Position numbers and translations under genes: made by a program
Source: Auanema rhodensis
Taxonomy: Eukaryota > Animalia > Nematoda
Length of the DNA: 64,000 nt
Direction of reading: 5' to 3'
Assembly: GCA_964057225.1 (NCBI GenBank)
Contig: OZ059894.1
Coordinates: 21,266,001 to 21,330,000, forward strand
Part shown: positions 12,301-27,300 of the stretch, in pieces
Layout: every line of letters starts with the position of its first letter
Numbering within the stretch: position 1 is the first letter of the stretch
Notes under the pieces: model-generated
Database searches by the model: none
What the model was told of the DNA's origin: nothing
The model's input: the letters and a program-made list of their open reading frames with translations, nothing else

Positions 12301-15300
12301 AAAATTAGTTATGATCGTTTGAAAAATGATGCATTAGTGTATGTTGAGTTTCCATGTACACTCAACATTGCTTCCAAAAACATTTTGACAAAAATTTTTT
12401 CGAAAAATTTCAGAATAATTCAGCAAAAAGTAGATGTTTTTAGATTCCTTTTTCCAAGGCAAAGACGATGGACAATGTTATTCAACGAAAAAATTAATTC
12501 TTCAGGGTGAAAATCGAGGATATAAGTGTGAACTTATATCAGTTGATATCTCGGTGCATTTTTAAGCTAGCGCAAATCTGATAACACAGATCGACGCAGC
12601 TTAAAAATCCGCATCGAATGCACTATACTACATTGAGAAACGTTTGATACAAAAATTAGTTATGATCGTTTGAAAAATGATGCATTAGTGTATGTTGAGT
12701 TTCCATGTACACTCAACATTGCTTCCAAAAACATTTTGACAAAAATTTTTTCGAAAAATTTCAAAATAATTTAGCAAAAAGTAGATGTTTTTAGATTTCT
12801 TTTTTCAAGGCAAAGACGATGGACAATGTTATTCAACGAAAAAATTAATTCTTCAGGGTGAAAATCGAGGATATAAGTGTGAACTTATATCAGTTGATAT
12901 CTCGGTGCATTTTTAAGCTAGCGCAAATCTGATAACACAGATCGACGCAGCTTAAAAATCCGCATCGAATGCACTATACTACATTGAGAAACGCTTAATA
13001 CACAAATTAGTTATGATCGTTTGAAAAATGATGCATTAGTGTATGTTGAGTTTCCATGTACACTCAACATTGCTTCCAAAAACATTTTGACAAAAATTTT
13101 TTCGAAAAATTTCAAAATAATTTAGCAAAAAGTAGATGTTTTTAGATTTCTTTTTTCAAGGCAAAGACGATGGACAATGTTATTCAACGAAAAAATTAAT
13201 TCTTCAGGGTGAAAATCGAGGATATAAGTGTGAACATATATCAGTTGATATCTCGGTGCATTTTTAAGCTAGCGCAAATCGGATAACACAGATCGACGCA
13301 GCTTAAAAATCCGCATCGAATGCACTATACTACATCAAGAAACTTTTAATACACAAATTAGTTATGATCGTTTGAAAAATGATGCATTAGTGTATGTTGA
13401 GTTTCCATGTACACTCAACATTGCTTCCAAAAACATTTTGACAAAAATTTTTTCGAAAAATTTCAAAATATTTTAGCAAAAAGTAGATGTTTTTAGATTC
13501 CTTTTTTTAAGGCAAAGACGATGGACAATGTTATTCAACGAAAAAATTAATTCTTCAGGGTGAAAATCGAGGATATAAGTGTGAACTTATATCAGTTGAT
13601 ATCTCGGTGCATTTTTAAGCTAGCGCAAATCGGATAACACAGATCGACGCAGCTTAAAAATCCGCATCGAATGCACTATACTACATCAAGAAACTTTTAA
13701 TACACAAATTAGTTATGATCGTTTGAAAAATGATGCATTAGTGTATGTTGAGTTTCCATGTACACTCAACATTGCTTCCAAAAACATTTTGACAAAAATT
13801 TTTTCGAAAAATTTCAAAATAATTTAGCAAAAAGTAGATGTTTTTAGATTCCTTTTTTTAAGGCAAAGACGATGGACAATGTTATTCAACGAAAAAATTA
13901 ATTCTTCAGGGTGAAAATCGAGGATATAAGTGTGAACTTATATCAGTTGATATCTCGGTGCATTTTTAAGCTAGCGCAAATCTGATAACACAGATCGACG
14001 CAGCTTAAAAATCCGCATCGAATGCACTATACTACATTGAGAAACGCTTAATACAAAAATTAGTTATGATCGTTTGAAAAATGATGCATTAGTGTATGTT
14101 GAGTTTCCATGTACACTCAACATTGCTTCCAAAAACATTTTGACAAAAATTTTTTCGAAAAATTTCAAAATAATTTAGCAAAAAGTAGATGTTTTTAGAT
14201 TTCTTTTTTCAAGGCAAAGACGATGGACAATGTTATTCAACGAAAAAATTAATTCTTCAGGGTGAAAATCGAGGATATAAGTGTAAACTTATATCAGTTG
14301 ATATCTCGGTGCATTTTTAAGCTAGCGCACATCTGATAACACAGATCGACGCAGCTTAAAAATCCGCATCGAATGCACTATACTACATTGAGAAACGCTT
14401 AATACACAAATTAGTTATGATCGTTTGAAAAATGATGCATTAGTGTATGTTGAGTTTCCATGTACACTCAACATTGCTTCCAAAAACATTTTGACAAAAA
14501 TTTTTTCGAAAAATTTCAAAATAATTTAGCAAAAAGTAGATGTTTTTAGATTTCTTTTTTTAAGGCAAAGACGATGGACAATGTTATTCAACGAAAAAAT
14601 TAATTCTTCAGGGTGAAAATCGAGGATATAAGTGTGAACTTATATCAGTTGATATCTCGGTGCATTTTTAAGCTAGCGCAAATCTGATAACACAGATCGA
14701 CGCAGCTTAAAAATCCGCATCGCATGCACTATACTACATTGAGAAACGTTTGATACAAAAATTAGTTATGATCGTTTGAAAAATGATGCATTAGTGTATG
14801 TTGAGTTTCCATGTACACTCAACATTGCTTCCAAAAACATTTTGACAAAAATTTTTTCGAAAAATTTCAAAATAATTTAGCAAAAAGTAGATGTTTTTAG
14901 ATTTCTTTTTTCAAGGCAAAGACGATGGACAATGTTATTCAACGAAAAAATTAATTCTTCAGGGTGAAAATCGAGGATATAAGTGTAAACTTATATCAGT
15001 TGATATCTCGGTGCATTTTTAAGCTAGCGCACATCTGATAACACAGATCGACGCAGCTTAAAAATCCGCATCGAATGCACTATACTACATTGAGAAACGC
15101 TTAATACACAAATTAGTTATGATCGTTTGAAAAATGATGCATTAGTGTATGTTGAGTTTCCATGTACACTCAACATTGCTTCCAAAAACATTTTGACAAA
15201 AATTTTTTCGAAAAATTTCAAAATAATTTAGCAAAAAGTAGATGTTTTTAGATTTCTTTTTTCAAGGCAAAGACGATGGACAATGTTATTCAACGAAAAA

Positions 15301-18300
15301 ATTAATTCTTCAGGGTGAAAATCGAGGATATAAGTGTGAACATATATCAGTTGATATCTCGGTGCATTTTTAAGCTAGCGCAAATCGGATAACACAGATC
15401 GACGCAGCTTAAAAATCCGCATCGAATGCACTATACTACATCAAGAAACTTTTAATACACAAATTAGTTATGATCGTTTGAAAAATGATGCATTAGTGTA
15501 TGTTGAGTTTCCATGTACACTCAACATTGCTTCCAAAAACATTTTGACAAAAATTTTTTCGAAAAATTTCAAAATAATTTAGCAAAAAGTAGATGTTTTA
15601 AGATTCCTTTTTTTAAGGCAAAGACTATGGACAATGTTATTCAACGAAAAAATTAATTCTTCAGGGTGAAAATCGAGGATATAAGTGTGAACTTATATCA
15701 GTTGATATCTCGGTGCATTTTTAAGCTAGCGCAAATCTGATAACACAGATCGACGCAGCTTAAAAATCCGCATCGAATGCACTATACTACATTGAGAAAC
15801 GCTTAATACAAAAATTAGTTATGATCGTTTGAAAAATGATGCATTAGTGTATGTTGAGTTTCCATGTACACTCAACATTGCTTCCAAAAACATTTTGACA
15901 AAAATTTTTTCGAAAAATTTCAAAATAATTTAGCAAAAAGTAGATGTTTTTAGATTTCTTTTTTCAAGGCAAAGACGATGGACAATGTTATTCAACGAAA
16001 AAATTAATTCTTCAGGGTGAAAATCGAGGATATAAGTGTAAACTTATATCAGTTGATATCTCGGTGCATTTTTAAGCTAGTGCAAATCTGATAACACAGA
16101 TCGACGCAGCTTAAAAATCCGCATCGAATGCACTATACTACATTGAGAAACGCTTAATACAAAAATTAGTTATGATCGTTTGAAAAATGATGCATTAGTG
16201 TATGTTGAGTTTCCATGTACACTCAACATTGCTTCCAAAAACATTTTGACAAAAATTTTTTCGAAAAATTTCAGAATAATTCAGCAAAAAGTAGATGTTT
16301 TTAGATTCCTTTTTTCAAGGCAAAGACGATGGACAATGTTATTCAACGAAAAAATTAATTCTTCAGGGTGAAAATCGAGGATATAAGTGTAAACTTATAT
16401 CAGTTGATATCTCGGTGCATTTTTAAGCTAGCGCACATCTGATAACACAGATCGACGCAGCTTAAAAATCCGCATCGAATGCACTATACTACATTGAGAA
16501 ACGCTTAATACACAAATTAGTTATGATCGTTTGAAAAATGATGCATTAGTGTATGTTGAGTTTCCATGTACACTCAACATTGCTTCCAAAAACATTTTGA
16601 CAAAAATTTTTTCGAAAAATTTCAAAATAATTTAGCAAAAAGTAGATGTTTTTAGATTTCTTTTTTCAAGGCAAAGACGATGGACAATGTTATTCAACGA
16701 AAAAATTAATTCTTCAGGGTGAAAATCGAGGATATAAGTGTAAACTTATATCAGTTGATATCTCGGTGCATTTTTAAGCTAGCGCACATCTGATAACACA
16801 GATCGACGCAGCTTAAAAATCCGCATCGAATGCACTATACTACATTGAGAAACGCTTAATACACAAATTAGTTATGATCGTTTGAAAAATGATGCATTAG
16901 TGTATGTTGAGTTTCCATGTACACTCAACATTGCTTCCAAAAACATTTTGACAAAAATTTTTTCGAAAAATTTCAAAATAATTTAGCAAAAAGTAGATGT
17001 TTTTAGATTTCTTTTTTTAAGGCAAAGACGATGGACAATGTTATTCAACGAAAAAATTAATTCTTCAGGGTGAAAATCGAGGATATAAGTGTGAACTTAT
17101 ATCAGTTGATATCTCGGTGCATTTTTAAGCTAGCGCAAATCTGATAACACAGATCGACGCAGCTTAAAAATCCGCATCGCATGCACTATACTACATTGAG
17201 AAACGTTTGATACAAAAATTAGTTATGATCGTTTGAAAAATGATGCATTAGTGTATGTTGAGTTTCCATGTACACTCAACATTGCTTCCAAAAACATTTT
17301 GACAAAAATTTTTTCGAAAAATTTCAAAATAATTTAGCAAAAAGTAGATGTTTTTAGATTTCTTTTTTCAAGGCAAAGACGATGGACAATGTTATTCAAC
17401 GAAAAAATTAATTCTTCAGGGTGAAAATCGAGGATATAAGTGTAAACTTATATCAGTTGATATCTCGGTGCATTTTTAAGCTAGCGCACATCTGATAACA
17501 CAGATCGACGCAGCTTAAAAATCCGCATCGAATGCACTATACTACATTGAGAAACGCTTAATACACAAATTAGTTATGATCGTTTGAAAAATGATGCATT
17601 AGTGTATGTTGAGTTTCCATGTACACTCAACATTGCTTCCAAAAACATTTTGACAAAAATTTTTTCGAAAAATTTCAAAATAATTTAGCAAAAAGTAGAT
17701 GTTTTTAGATTTCTTTTTTCAAGGCAAAGACGATGGACAATGTTATTCAACGAAAAAATTAATTCTTCAGGGTGAAAATCGAGGATATAAGTGTAAACTT
17801 ATATCAGTTGATATCTCGGTGCATTTTTAAGCTAGTGCAAATCTGATAACACAGATCGACGCAGCTTAAAAATCCGCATCGAATGCACTATACTACATTG
17901 AGAAACGCTTAATACAAAAATTAGTTATGATCGTTTGAAAAATGATGCATTAGTGTATGTTGAGTTTCCATGTACACTCAACATTGCTTCCAAAAACATT
18001 TTGACAAAAATTTTTTCGAAAAATTTCAAAATAATTTAGCAAAAAGTAGATGTTTTTAGATTTCTTTTTTTAAGGCAAAGACGATGGACAATGTTATTCA
18101 ACGAAAAAATTAATTCTTCAGGGTGAAAATCGAGGATATAAGTGTGAACTTATATCAGTTGATATCTCGGTGCATTTTTAAGCTAGCGCAAATCTGATAA
18201 CACAGATCGACGCAGCTTAAAAATCCGCATCGCATGCACTATACTACATTGAGAAACGTTTGATACAAAAATTAGTTATGATCGTTTGAAAAATGATGCA

Positions 18301-21300
18301 TTAGTGTATGTTGAGTTTCCATGTACACTCAACATTGCTTCCAAAAACATTTTGACAAAAATTTTTTCGAAAAATTTCAAAATAATTTAGCAAAAAGTAG
18401 ATGTTTTTAGATTTCTTTTTTCAAGGCAAAGACGATGGACAATGTTATTCAACGAAAAAATTAATTCTTCAGGGTGAAAATCGAGGATATAAGTGTAAAC
18501 TTATATCAGTTGATATCTCGGTGCATTTTTAAGCTAGCGCACATCTGATAACACAGATCGACGCAGCTTAAAAATCCGCATCGAATGCACTATACTACAT
18601 TGAGAAACGCTTAATACACAAATTAGTTATGATCGTTTGAAAAATGATGCATTAGTGTATGTTGAGTTTCCATGTACACTCAACATTGCTTCCAAAAACA
18701 TTTTGACAAAAATTTTTTCGAAAAATTTCAAAATAATTTAGCAAAAAGTAGATGTTTTTAGATTTCTTTTTTCAAGGCAAAGACGATGGACAATGTTATT
18801 CAACGAAAAAATTAATTCTTCAGGGTGAAAATCGAGGATATAAGTGTAAACTTATATCAGTTGATATCTCGGTGCATTTTTAAGCTAGTGCAAATCTGAT
18901 AACACAGATCGACGCAGCTTAAAAATCCGCATCGAATGCACTATACTACATTGAGAAACGCTTAATACAAAAATTAGTTATGATCGTTTGAAAAATGATG
19001 CATTAGTGTATGTTGAGTTTCCATGTACACTCAACATTGCTTCCAAAAACATTTTGACAAAAATTTTTTCGAAAAATTTCAGAATAATTCAGCAAAAAGT
19101 AGATGTTTTTAGATTCCTTTTTCCAAGGCAAAGACGATGGACAATGTTATTCAACGAAAAAATTAATTCTTCAGGGTGAAAATCGAGGATATAAGTGTGA
19201 ACTTATATCAGTTGATATCTCGGTGCATTTTTAAGCTAGCGCAAATCTGATAACACAGATCGACGCAGCTTAAAAATCCGCATCGAATGCACTATACTAC
19301 ATTGAGAAACGTTTGATACAAAAATTAGTTATGATCGTTTGAAAAATGATGCATTAGTGTATGTTGAGTTTCCATGTACACTCAACATTGCTTCCAAAAA
19401 CATTTTGACAAAAATTTTTTCGAAAAATTTCAAAATAATTTAGCAAAAAGTAGATGTTTTTAGATTTCTTTTTTCAAGGCAAAGACGATGGACAATGTTA
19501 TTCAACGAAAAAATTAATTCTTCAGGGTGAAAATCGAGGATATAAGTGTGAACATATATCAGTTGATATCTCGGTGCATTTTTAAGCTAGCGCAAATCGG
19601 ATAACACAGATCGACGCAGCTTAAAAATCCGCATCGAATGCACTATACTACATCAAGAAACTTTTAATACACAAATTAGTTATGATCGTTTGAAAAATGA
19701 TGCATTAGTGTATGTTGAGTTTCCATGTACACTCAACATTGCTTCCAAAAACATTTTGACAAAAATTTTTTCGAAAAATTTCAAAATAATTTAGCAAAAA
19801 GTAGATGTTTTTAGATTCCTTTTTTCAAGGCAAAGACGATGGACAATGTTATTCAACGAAAAAATTAATTCTTCAGGGTGAAAATCGAGGATATAAGTGT
19901 GAACTTATATCAGTTGATATCTCGGTGCATTTTTAAGCTAGCGCAAATCTGATAACACAGATCGACGCAGCTTAAAAATCCGCATCGAATGCACTATACT
20001 ACATTGAGAAACGCTTAATACACAAATTAGTTATGATCGTTTGAAAAATGATGCATTAGTGTATGTTGAGTTTCCATGTACACTCAACATTGCTTCCAAA
20101 AACATTTTGACAAAAATTTTTTCGAAAAATTTCAAAATAATTTAGCAAAAAGTAGATGTTTTTAGATTTCTTTTTTCAAGGCAAAGACGATGGACAATGT
20201 TATTCAACGAAAAAATTAATTCTTCAGGGTGAAAATCGAGGATATAAGTGTAAACTTATATCAGTTGATATCTCGGTGCATTTTTAAGCTAGCGCAAATC
20301 TGATAACACAGATCGACGCAGCTTAAAAATCCGCATCGAATGCACTATACTACATTGAGAAACGCTTAATACAAAAATTAGTTATGATCGTTTGAAAAAT
20401 GATGCATTAGTGTATGTTGAGTTTCCATGTACACTCAACATTGCTTCCAAAAACATTTTGACAAAAATTTTTTCGAAAAATTTCAGAATAATTCAGCAAA
20501 AAGTAGATGTTTTTAGATTCCTTTTTCCAAGGCAAAGACGATGGACAATGTTATTCAACGAAAAAATTAATTCTTCAGGGTGAAAATCGAGGATATAAGT
20601 GTGAACTTATATCAGTTGATATCTCGGTGCATTTTTAAGCTAGCGCAAATCTGATAACACAGATCGACGCAGCTTAAAAATCCGCATCGAATGCACTATA
20701 CTACATTGAGAAACGTTTGATACAAAAATTAGTTATGATCGTTTGAAAAATGATGCATTAGTGTATGTTGAGTTTCCATGTACACTCAACATTGCTTCCA
20801 AAAACATTTTGACAAAAATTTTTTCGAAAAATTTCAAAATAATTTAGCAAAAAGTAGATGTTTTTAGATTCCTTTTTTTAAGGCAAAGACGATGGACAAT
20901 GTTATTCAACGAAAAAATTAATTCTTCAGGGTGAAAATCGAGGATATAAGTGTGAACTTATATCAGTTGATATCTCGGTGCATTTTTAAGCTAGCGCAAA
21001 TCTGATAACACAGATCGACGCAGCTTAAAAATCCGCATCGAATGCACTATACTACATTGAGAAACGCTTAATACACAAATTAGTTATGATCGTTTGAAAA
21101 ATGATGCATTAGTGTATGTTGAGTTTCCATGTACACTCAACATTGCTTCCAAAAACATTTTGACAAAAATTTTTTCGAAAAATTTCAAAATAATTTAGCA
21201 AAAAGTAGATGTTTTTAGATTTCTTTTTTCAAGGCAAAGACGATGGACAATGTTATTCAACGAAAAAATTAATTCTTCAGGGTGAAAATCGAGGATATAA

Positions 21301-24300
21301 GTGTGAACTTATATCAGTTGATATCTCGGTGCATTTTTAAGCTAGCGCAAATCTGATAACACAGATCGACGCAGCTTAAAAATCCGCATCGAATGCACTA
21401 TACTACATTGAGAAACGTTTGATACAAAAATTAGTTATGATCGTTTGAAAAATGATGCATTAGTGTATGTTGAGTTTCCATGTACACTCAACATTGCTTC
21501 CAAAAACATTTTGACAAAAATTTTTTCGAAAAATTTCAAAATAATTTAGCAAAAAGTAGATGTTTTTAGATTTCTTTTTTCAAGGCAAAGACGATGGACA
21601 ATGTTATTCAACGAAAAAATTAATTCTTCAGGGTGAAAATCGAGGATATAAGTGTAAACTTATATCAGTTGATATCTCGGTGCATTTTTAAGCTAGCGCA
21701 AATCTGATAACACAGATCGACGCAGCTTAAAAATCCGCATCGAATGCACTATACTACATCAAGAAACTTTTAATACACAAATTAGTTATGATCGTTTGAA
21801 AAATGATGCATTAGTGTATGTTGAGTTTCCATGTACACTCAACATTGCTTCCAAAAACATTTTGACAAAAATTTTTTCGAAAAATTTCAAAATAATTTAG
21901 CAAAAAGTAGATGTTTTTAGATTTCTTTTTTCAAGGCAAAGACGATGGACAATGTTATTCAACGAAAAAATTAATTCTTCAGGGTGAAAATCGAGGATAT
22001 AAGTGTGAACATATATCAGTTGATATCTCGGTGCATTTTTAAGCTAGCGCAAATCGGATAACACAGATCGACGCAGCTTAAAAATCCGCATCGAATGCAC
22101 TATACTACATTGAGAAACGCTTAATACAAAAATTAGTTATGATCGTTTGAAAAATGATGCATTAGTGTATGTTGAGTTTCCATGTACACTCAACATTGCT
22201 TCCAAAAACATTTTGACAAAAATTTTTTCGAAAAATTTCAGAATAATTCAGCGAAAAGTAGATGTTTTTAGATTCCTTTTTCCAAGGCAAAGACGATGGA
22301 CAATGTTATTCAACGAAAAAATTAATTCTTCAGGGTGAAAATCGAGGATATAAGTGTGAACTTATATCAGTTGATATCTCGGTGCATTTTTAAGCTAGCG
22401 CAAATCTGATAACACAGATCGACGCAGCTTAAAAATCCGCATCGAATGCACTATACTACATTGAGAAACGTTTGATACAAAAATTAGTTATGATCGTTTG
22501 AAAAATGATGCATTAGTGTATGTTGAGTTTCCATGTACACTCAACATTGCTTCCAAAAACATTTTGACAAAAATTTTTTCGAAAAATTTCAAAATAATTT
22601 AGCAAAAAGTAGATGTTTTTAGATTTCTTTTTTTAAGGCAAAGACGATGGACAATGTTATTCAACGAAAAAATTAATTCTTCAGGGTGAAAATCGAGGAT
22701 ATAAGTGTGAACTTATATCAGTTGATATCTCGGTGCATTTTTAAGCTAGCGCAAATCTGATAACACAGATCGACGCAGCTTAAAAATCCGCATCGAATGC
22801 ACTATACTAAATTGAGAAACGCTTAATACACAAATTAGTTATGATCGTTTGAAAAATGATGCATTAGTGTATGTTGAGTTTCCATGTACACTCAACATTG
22901 CTTCCAAAAACATTTTGACAAAAATTTTTTCGAAAAATTTCAAAATAATTTAGCAAAAAGTAGATGTTTTTAGATTTCTTTTTTCAAGGCAAAGACGATG
23001 GACAATGTTATTCAACGAAAAAATTAATTCTTCAGGGTGAAAATCGAGGATATAAGTGTGAACATATATCAGTTGATATCTCGGTGCATTTTTAAGCTAG
23101 CGCAAATCGGATAACACAGATCGACGCAGCTTAAAAATCCGCATCGAATGCACTCTACTACATCAAGAAACTTTTAATACACAAATTAGTTATGATCGTT
23201 TGAAAAATGATGCATTAGTGTATGTTGAGTTTCCATGTACACTCAACATTGCTTCCAAAAACATTTTGACAAAAATTTTTTCGAAAAATTTCAAAATAAT
23301 TTAGCAAAAAGTAGATGTTTTTAGATTCCTTTTTTTAAGGCAAAGACGATGGACAATGTTATTCAACGAAAAAATTAATTCTTCAGGGTGAAAATCGAGG
23401 ATATAAGTGTGAACTTATATCAGTTGATATCTCGGTGCATTTTTAAGCTAGCGCAAATCTGATAACACAGATCGACGCAGCTTAAAAATCCGCATCGAAT
23501 GCACTATACTACATTGAGAAACGCTTAATACAAAAATTAGTTATGATCGTTTGAAAAATGATGCATTAGTGTATGTTGAGTTTCCATGTACACTCAACAT
23601 TGCTTCCAAAAACATTTTGACAAAAATTTTTTCGAAAAATTTCAAAATAATTTAGCAAAAAGTAGATGTTTTTAGATTTCTTTTTTCAAGGCAAAGACGA
23701 TGGACAATGTTATTCAACGAAAAAATTAATTCTTCAGGGTGAAAATCGAGGATATAAGTGTAAACTTATATCAGTTGATATCTCGGTGCATTTTTAAGCT
23801 AGCGCACATCTGATAACACAGATCGACGCAGCTTAAAAATCCGCATCGAATGCACTTTACTACATTGAGAAACGCTTAATACAAAAATTAGTTATGATCG
23901 TTTGAAAAATGATGCATTAGTGTATGTTGAGTTTCCATGTACACTCAACATTGCTTCCAAAAACATTTTGACAAAAATTTTTTCGAAAAATTTCAAAATA
24001 ATTTAGCAAAAAGTAGATGTTTTTAGATTTCTTTTTTCAAGGCAAAGACGATGGACAATGTTATTCAACGAAAAAATTAATTCTTCAGGGTGAAAATCGA
24101 GGATATAAGTGTAAACTTATATCAGTTGATATCTCGGTGCATTTTTAAGCTAGCGCACATCTGATAACACAGATCGACGCAGCTTAAAAATCCGCATCGA
24201 ATGCACTATACTACATTGAGAAACGCTTAATACAAAAATTAGTTATGATCGTTTGAAAAATGATGCATTAGTGTATGTTGAGTTTCCATGTACACTCAAC

Positions 24301-27300
24301 ATTGCTTCCAAAAACATTTTGACAAAAATTTTTTCGAAAAATTTCAGAATAATTCAGCAAAAAGTAGATGTTTTTAGATTCCTTTTTCCAAGGCAAAGAC
24401 GATGGACAATGTTATTCAACGAAAAAATTAATTCTTCAGGGTGAAAATCGAGGATATAAGTGTGAACTTATATCAGTTGATATCTCGGTGCATTTTTAAG
24501 CTAGCGCAAATCTGATAACACAGATCGACGCAGCTTAAAAATCCGCATCGAATGCACTATACTACATTGAGAAACGTTTGATACAAAAATTAGTTATGAT
24601 CGTTTGAAAAATGATGCATTAGTGTATGTTGAGTTTCCATGTACACTCAACATTGCTTCCAAAAACATTTTGACAAAAATTTTTTCGAAAAATTTCAAAA
24701 TAATTTAGCAAAAAGTAGATGTTTTTAGATTCCTTTTTTTAAGGCAAAGACGATGGACAATGTTATTCAACGAAAAAATTAATTCTTCAGGGTGAAAATC
24801 GAGGATATAAGTGTGAACTTATATCAGTTGATATCTCGGTGCATTTTTAAGCTAGCGCAAATCTGATAACACAGATCGACGCAGCTTAAAAATCCGCATC
24901 GAATGCACTATACTACATTGAGAAACGCTTAATACACAAATTAGTTATGATCGTTTGAAAAATGATGCATTAGTGTATGTTGAGTTTCCATGTACACTCA
25001 ACATTGCTTCCAAAAACATTTTGACAAAAATTTTTTCGAAAAATTTCAAAATAATTTAGCAAAAAGTAGATGTTTTTAGATTTCTTTTTTCAAGGCAAAG
25101 ACGATGGACAATGTTATTCAACGAAAAAATTAATTCTTCAGGGTGAAAATCGAGGATATAAGTGTGAACTTATATCAGTTGATATCTCGGTGCATTTTTA
25201 AGCTAGCGCAAATCTGATAACACAGATCGACGCAGCTTAAAAATCCGCATCGAATGCACTATACTACATTGAGAAACGTTTGATACAAAAATTAGTTATG
25301 ATCGTTTGAAAAATGATGCATTAGTGTATGTTGAGTTTCCATGTACACTCAACATTGCTTCCAAAAACATTTTGACAAAAATTTTTTCGAAAAATTTCAA
25401 AATAATTTAGCAAAAAGTAGATGTTTTTAGATTCCTTTTTTTAAGGCAAAGACGATGGACAATGTTATTCAACGAAAAAATTAATTCTTCAGGGTGAAAA
25501 TCGAGGATATAAGTGTGAACTTATATCAGTTGATATCTCGGTGCATTTTTAAGCTAGCGCAAATCTGATAACACAGATCGACGCAGCTTAAAAATCCGCA
25601 TCGAATGCACTATACTACATTGAGAAACGCTTAATACACAAATTAGTTATGATCGTTTGAAAAATGATGCATTAGTGTATGTTGAGTTTCCATGTACACT
25701 CAACATTGCTTCCAAAAACATTTTGACAAAAATTTTTTCGAAAAATTTCAAAATAATTTAGCAAAAAGTAGATGTTTTTAGATTTCTTTTTTCAAGGCAA
25801 AGACGATGGACAATGTTATTCAACGAAAAAATTAATTCTTCAGGGTGAAAATCGAGGATATAAGTGTGAACTTATATCAGTTGATATCTCGGTGCATTTT
25901 TAAGCTAGCGCAAATCGGATAACACAGATCGACGCAGCTTAAAAATCCGCATCGAATGCACTATACTACATCAAGAAACTTTTAATACACAAATTAGTTA
26001 TGATCGTTTGAAAAATGATGCATTAGTGTATGTTGAGTTTCCATGTACACTCAACATTGCTTCCAAAAACATTTTGACAAAAATTTTTTCGAAAAATTTC
26101 AAAATAATTTAGCGAAAAGTAGATGTTTTTAGATTCCTTTTTTTAAGGCAAAGACGATGGACAATGTTATTCAACGAAAAAATTAATTCTTCAGGGTGAA
26201 AATCGAGGATATAAGTGTGAACTTATATCAGTTGATATCTCGGTGCATTTTTAAGCTAGCGCAAATCTGATAACACAGATCGACGCAGCTTAAAAATCCG
26301 CATCGAATGCACTATACTACATTGAGAAACGCTTAATACAAAAATTAGTTATGATCGTTTGAAAAATGATGCATTAGTGTATGTTGAGTTTCCATGTACA
26401 CTCAACATTGCTTCCAAAAACATTTTGACAAAAATTTTTTCGAAAAATTTCAAAATAATTTAGCAAAAAGTAGATGTTTTTAGATTTCTTTTTTCAAGGC
26501 AAAGACGATGGACAATGTTATTCAACGAAAAAATTAATTCTTCAGGGTGAAAATCGAGGATATAAGTGTGAACTTATATCAGTTGATATCTCGGTGCATT
26601 TTTAAGCTAGCGCAAATCTGATAACACAGATCGACGCAGCTTAAAAATCCGCATCGAATGCACTATACTACATTGAGAAACGTTTGATACAAAAATTAGT
26701 TATGATCGTTTGAAAAATGATGCATTAGTGTATGTTGAGTTTCCATGTACACTCAACATTGCTTCCAAAAACATTTTGACAAAAATTTTTTCGAAAAATT
26801 TCAGAATAATTCAGCAAAAAGTAGATGTTTTTAGATTCCTTTTTCCAAGGCAAAGACGATGGACAATGTTATTCAACGAAAAAATTAATTCTTCAGGGTG
26901 AAAATCGAGGATATAAGTGTGAACTTATATCAGTTGATATCTCGGTGCATTTTTAAGCTAGCGCAAATCTGATAACACAGATCGACGCAGCTTAAAAATC
27001 CGCATCGAATGCACTATACTACATTGAGAAACGTTTGATACAAAAATTAGTTATGATCGTTTGAAAAATGATGCATTAGTGTATGTTGAGTTTCCATGTA
27101 CACTCAACATTGCTTCCAAAAACATTTTGACAAAAATTTTTTCGAAAAATTTCAAAATAATTTAGCAAAAAGTAGATGTTTTTAGATTTCTTTTTTCAAG
27201 GCAAAGACGATGGACAATGTTATTCAACGAAAAAATTAATTCTTCAGGGTGAAAATCGAGGATATAAGTGTAAACTTATATCAGTTGATATCTCGGTGCA

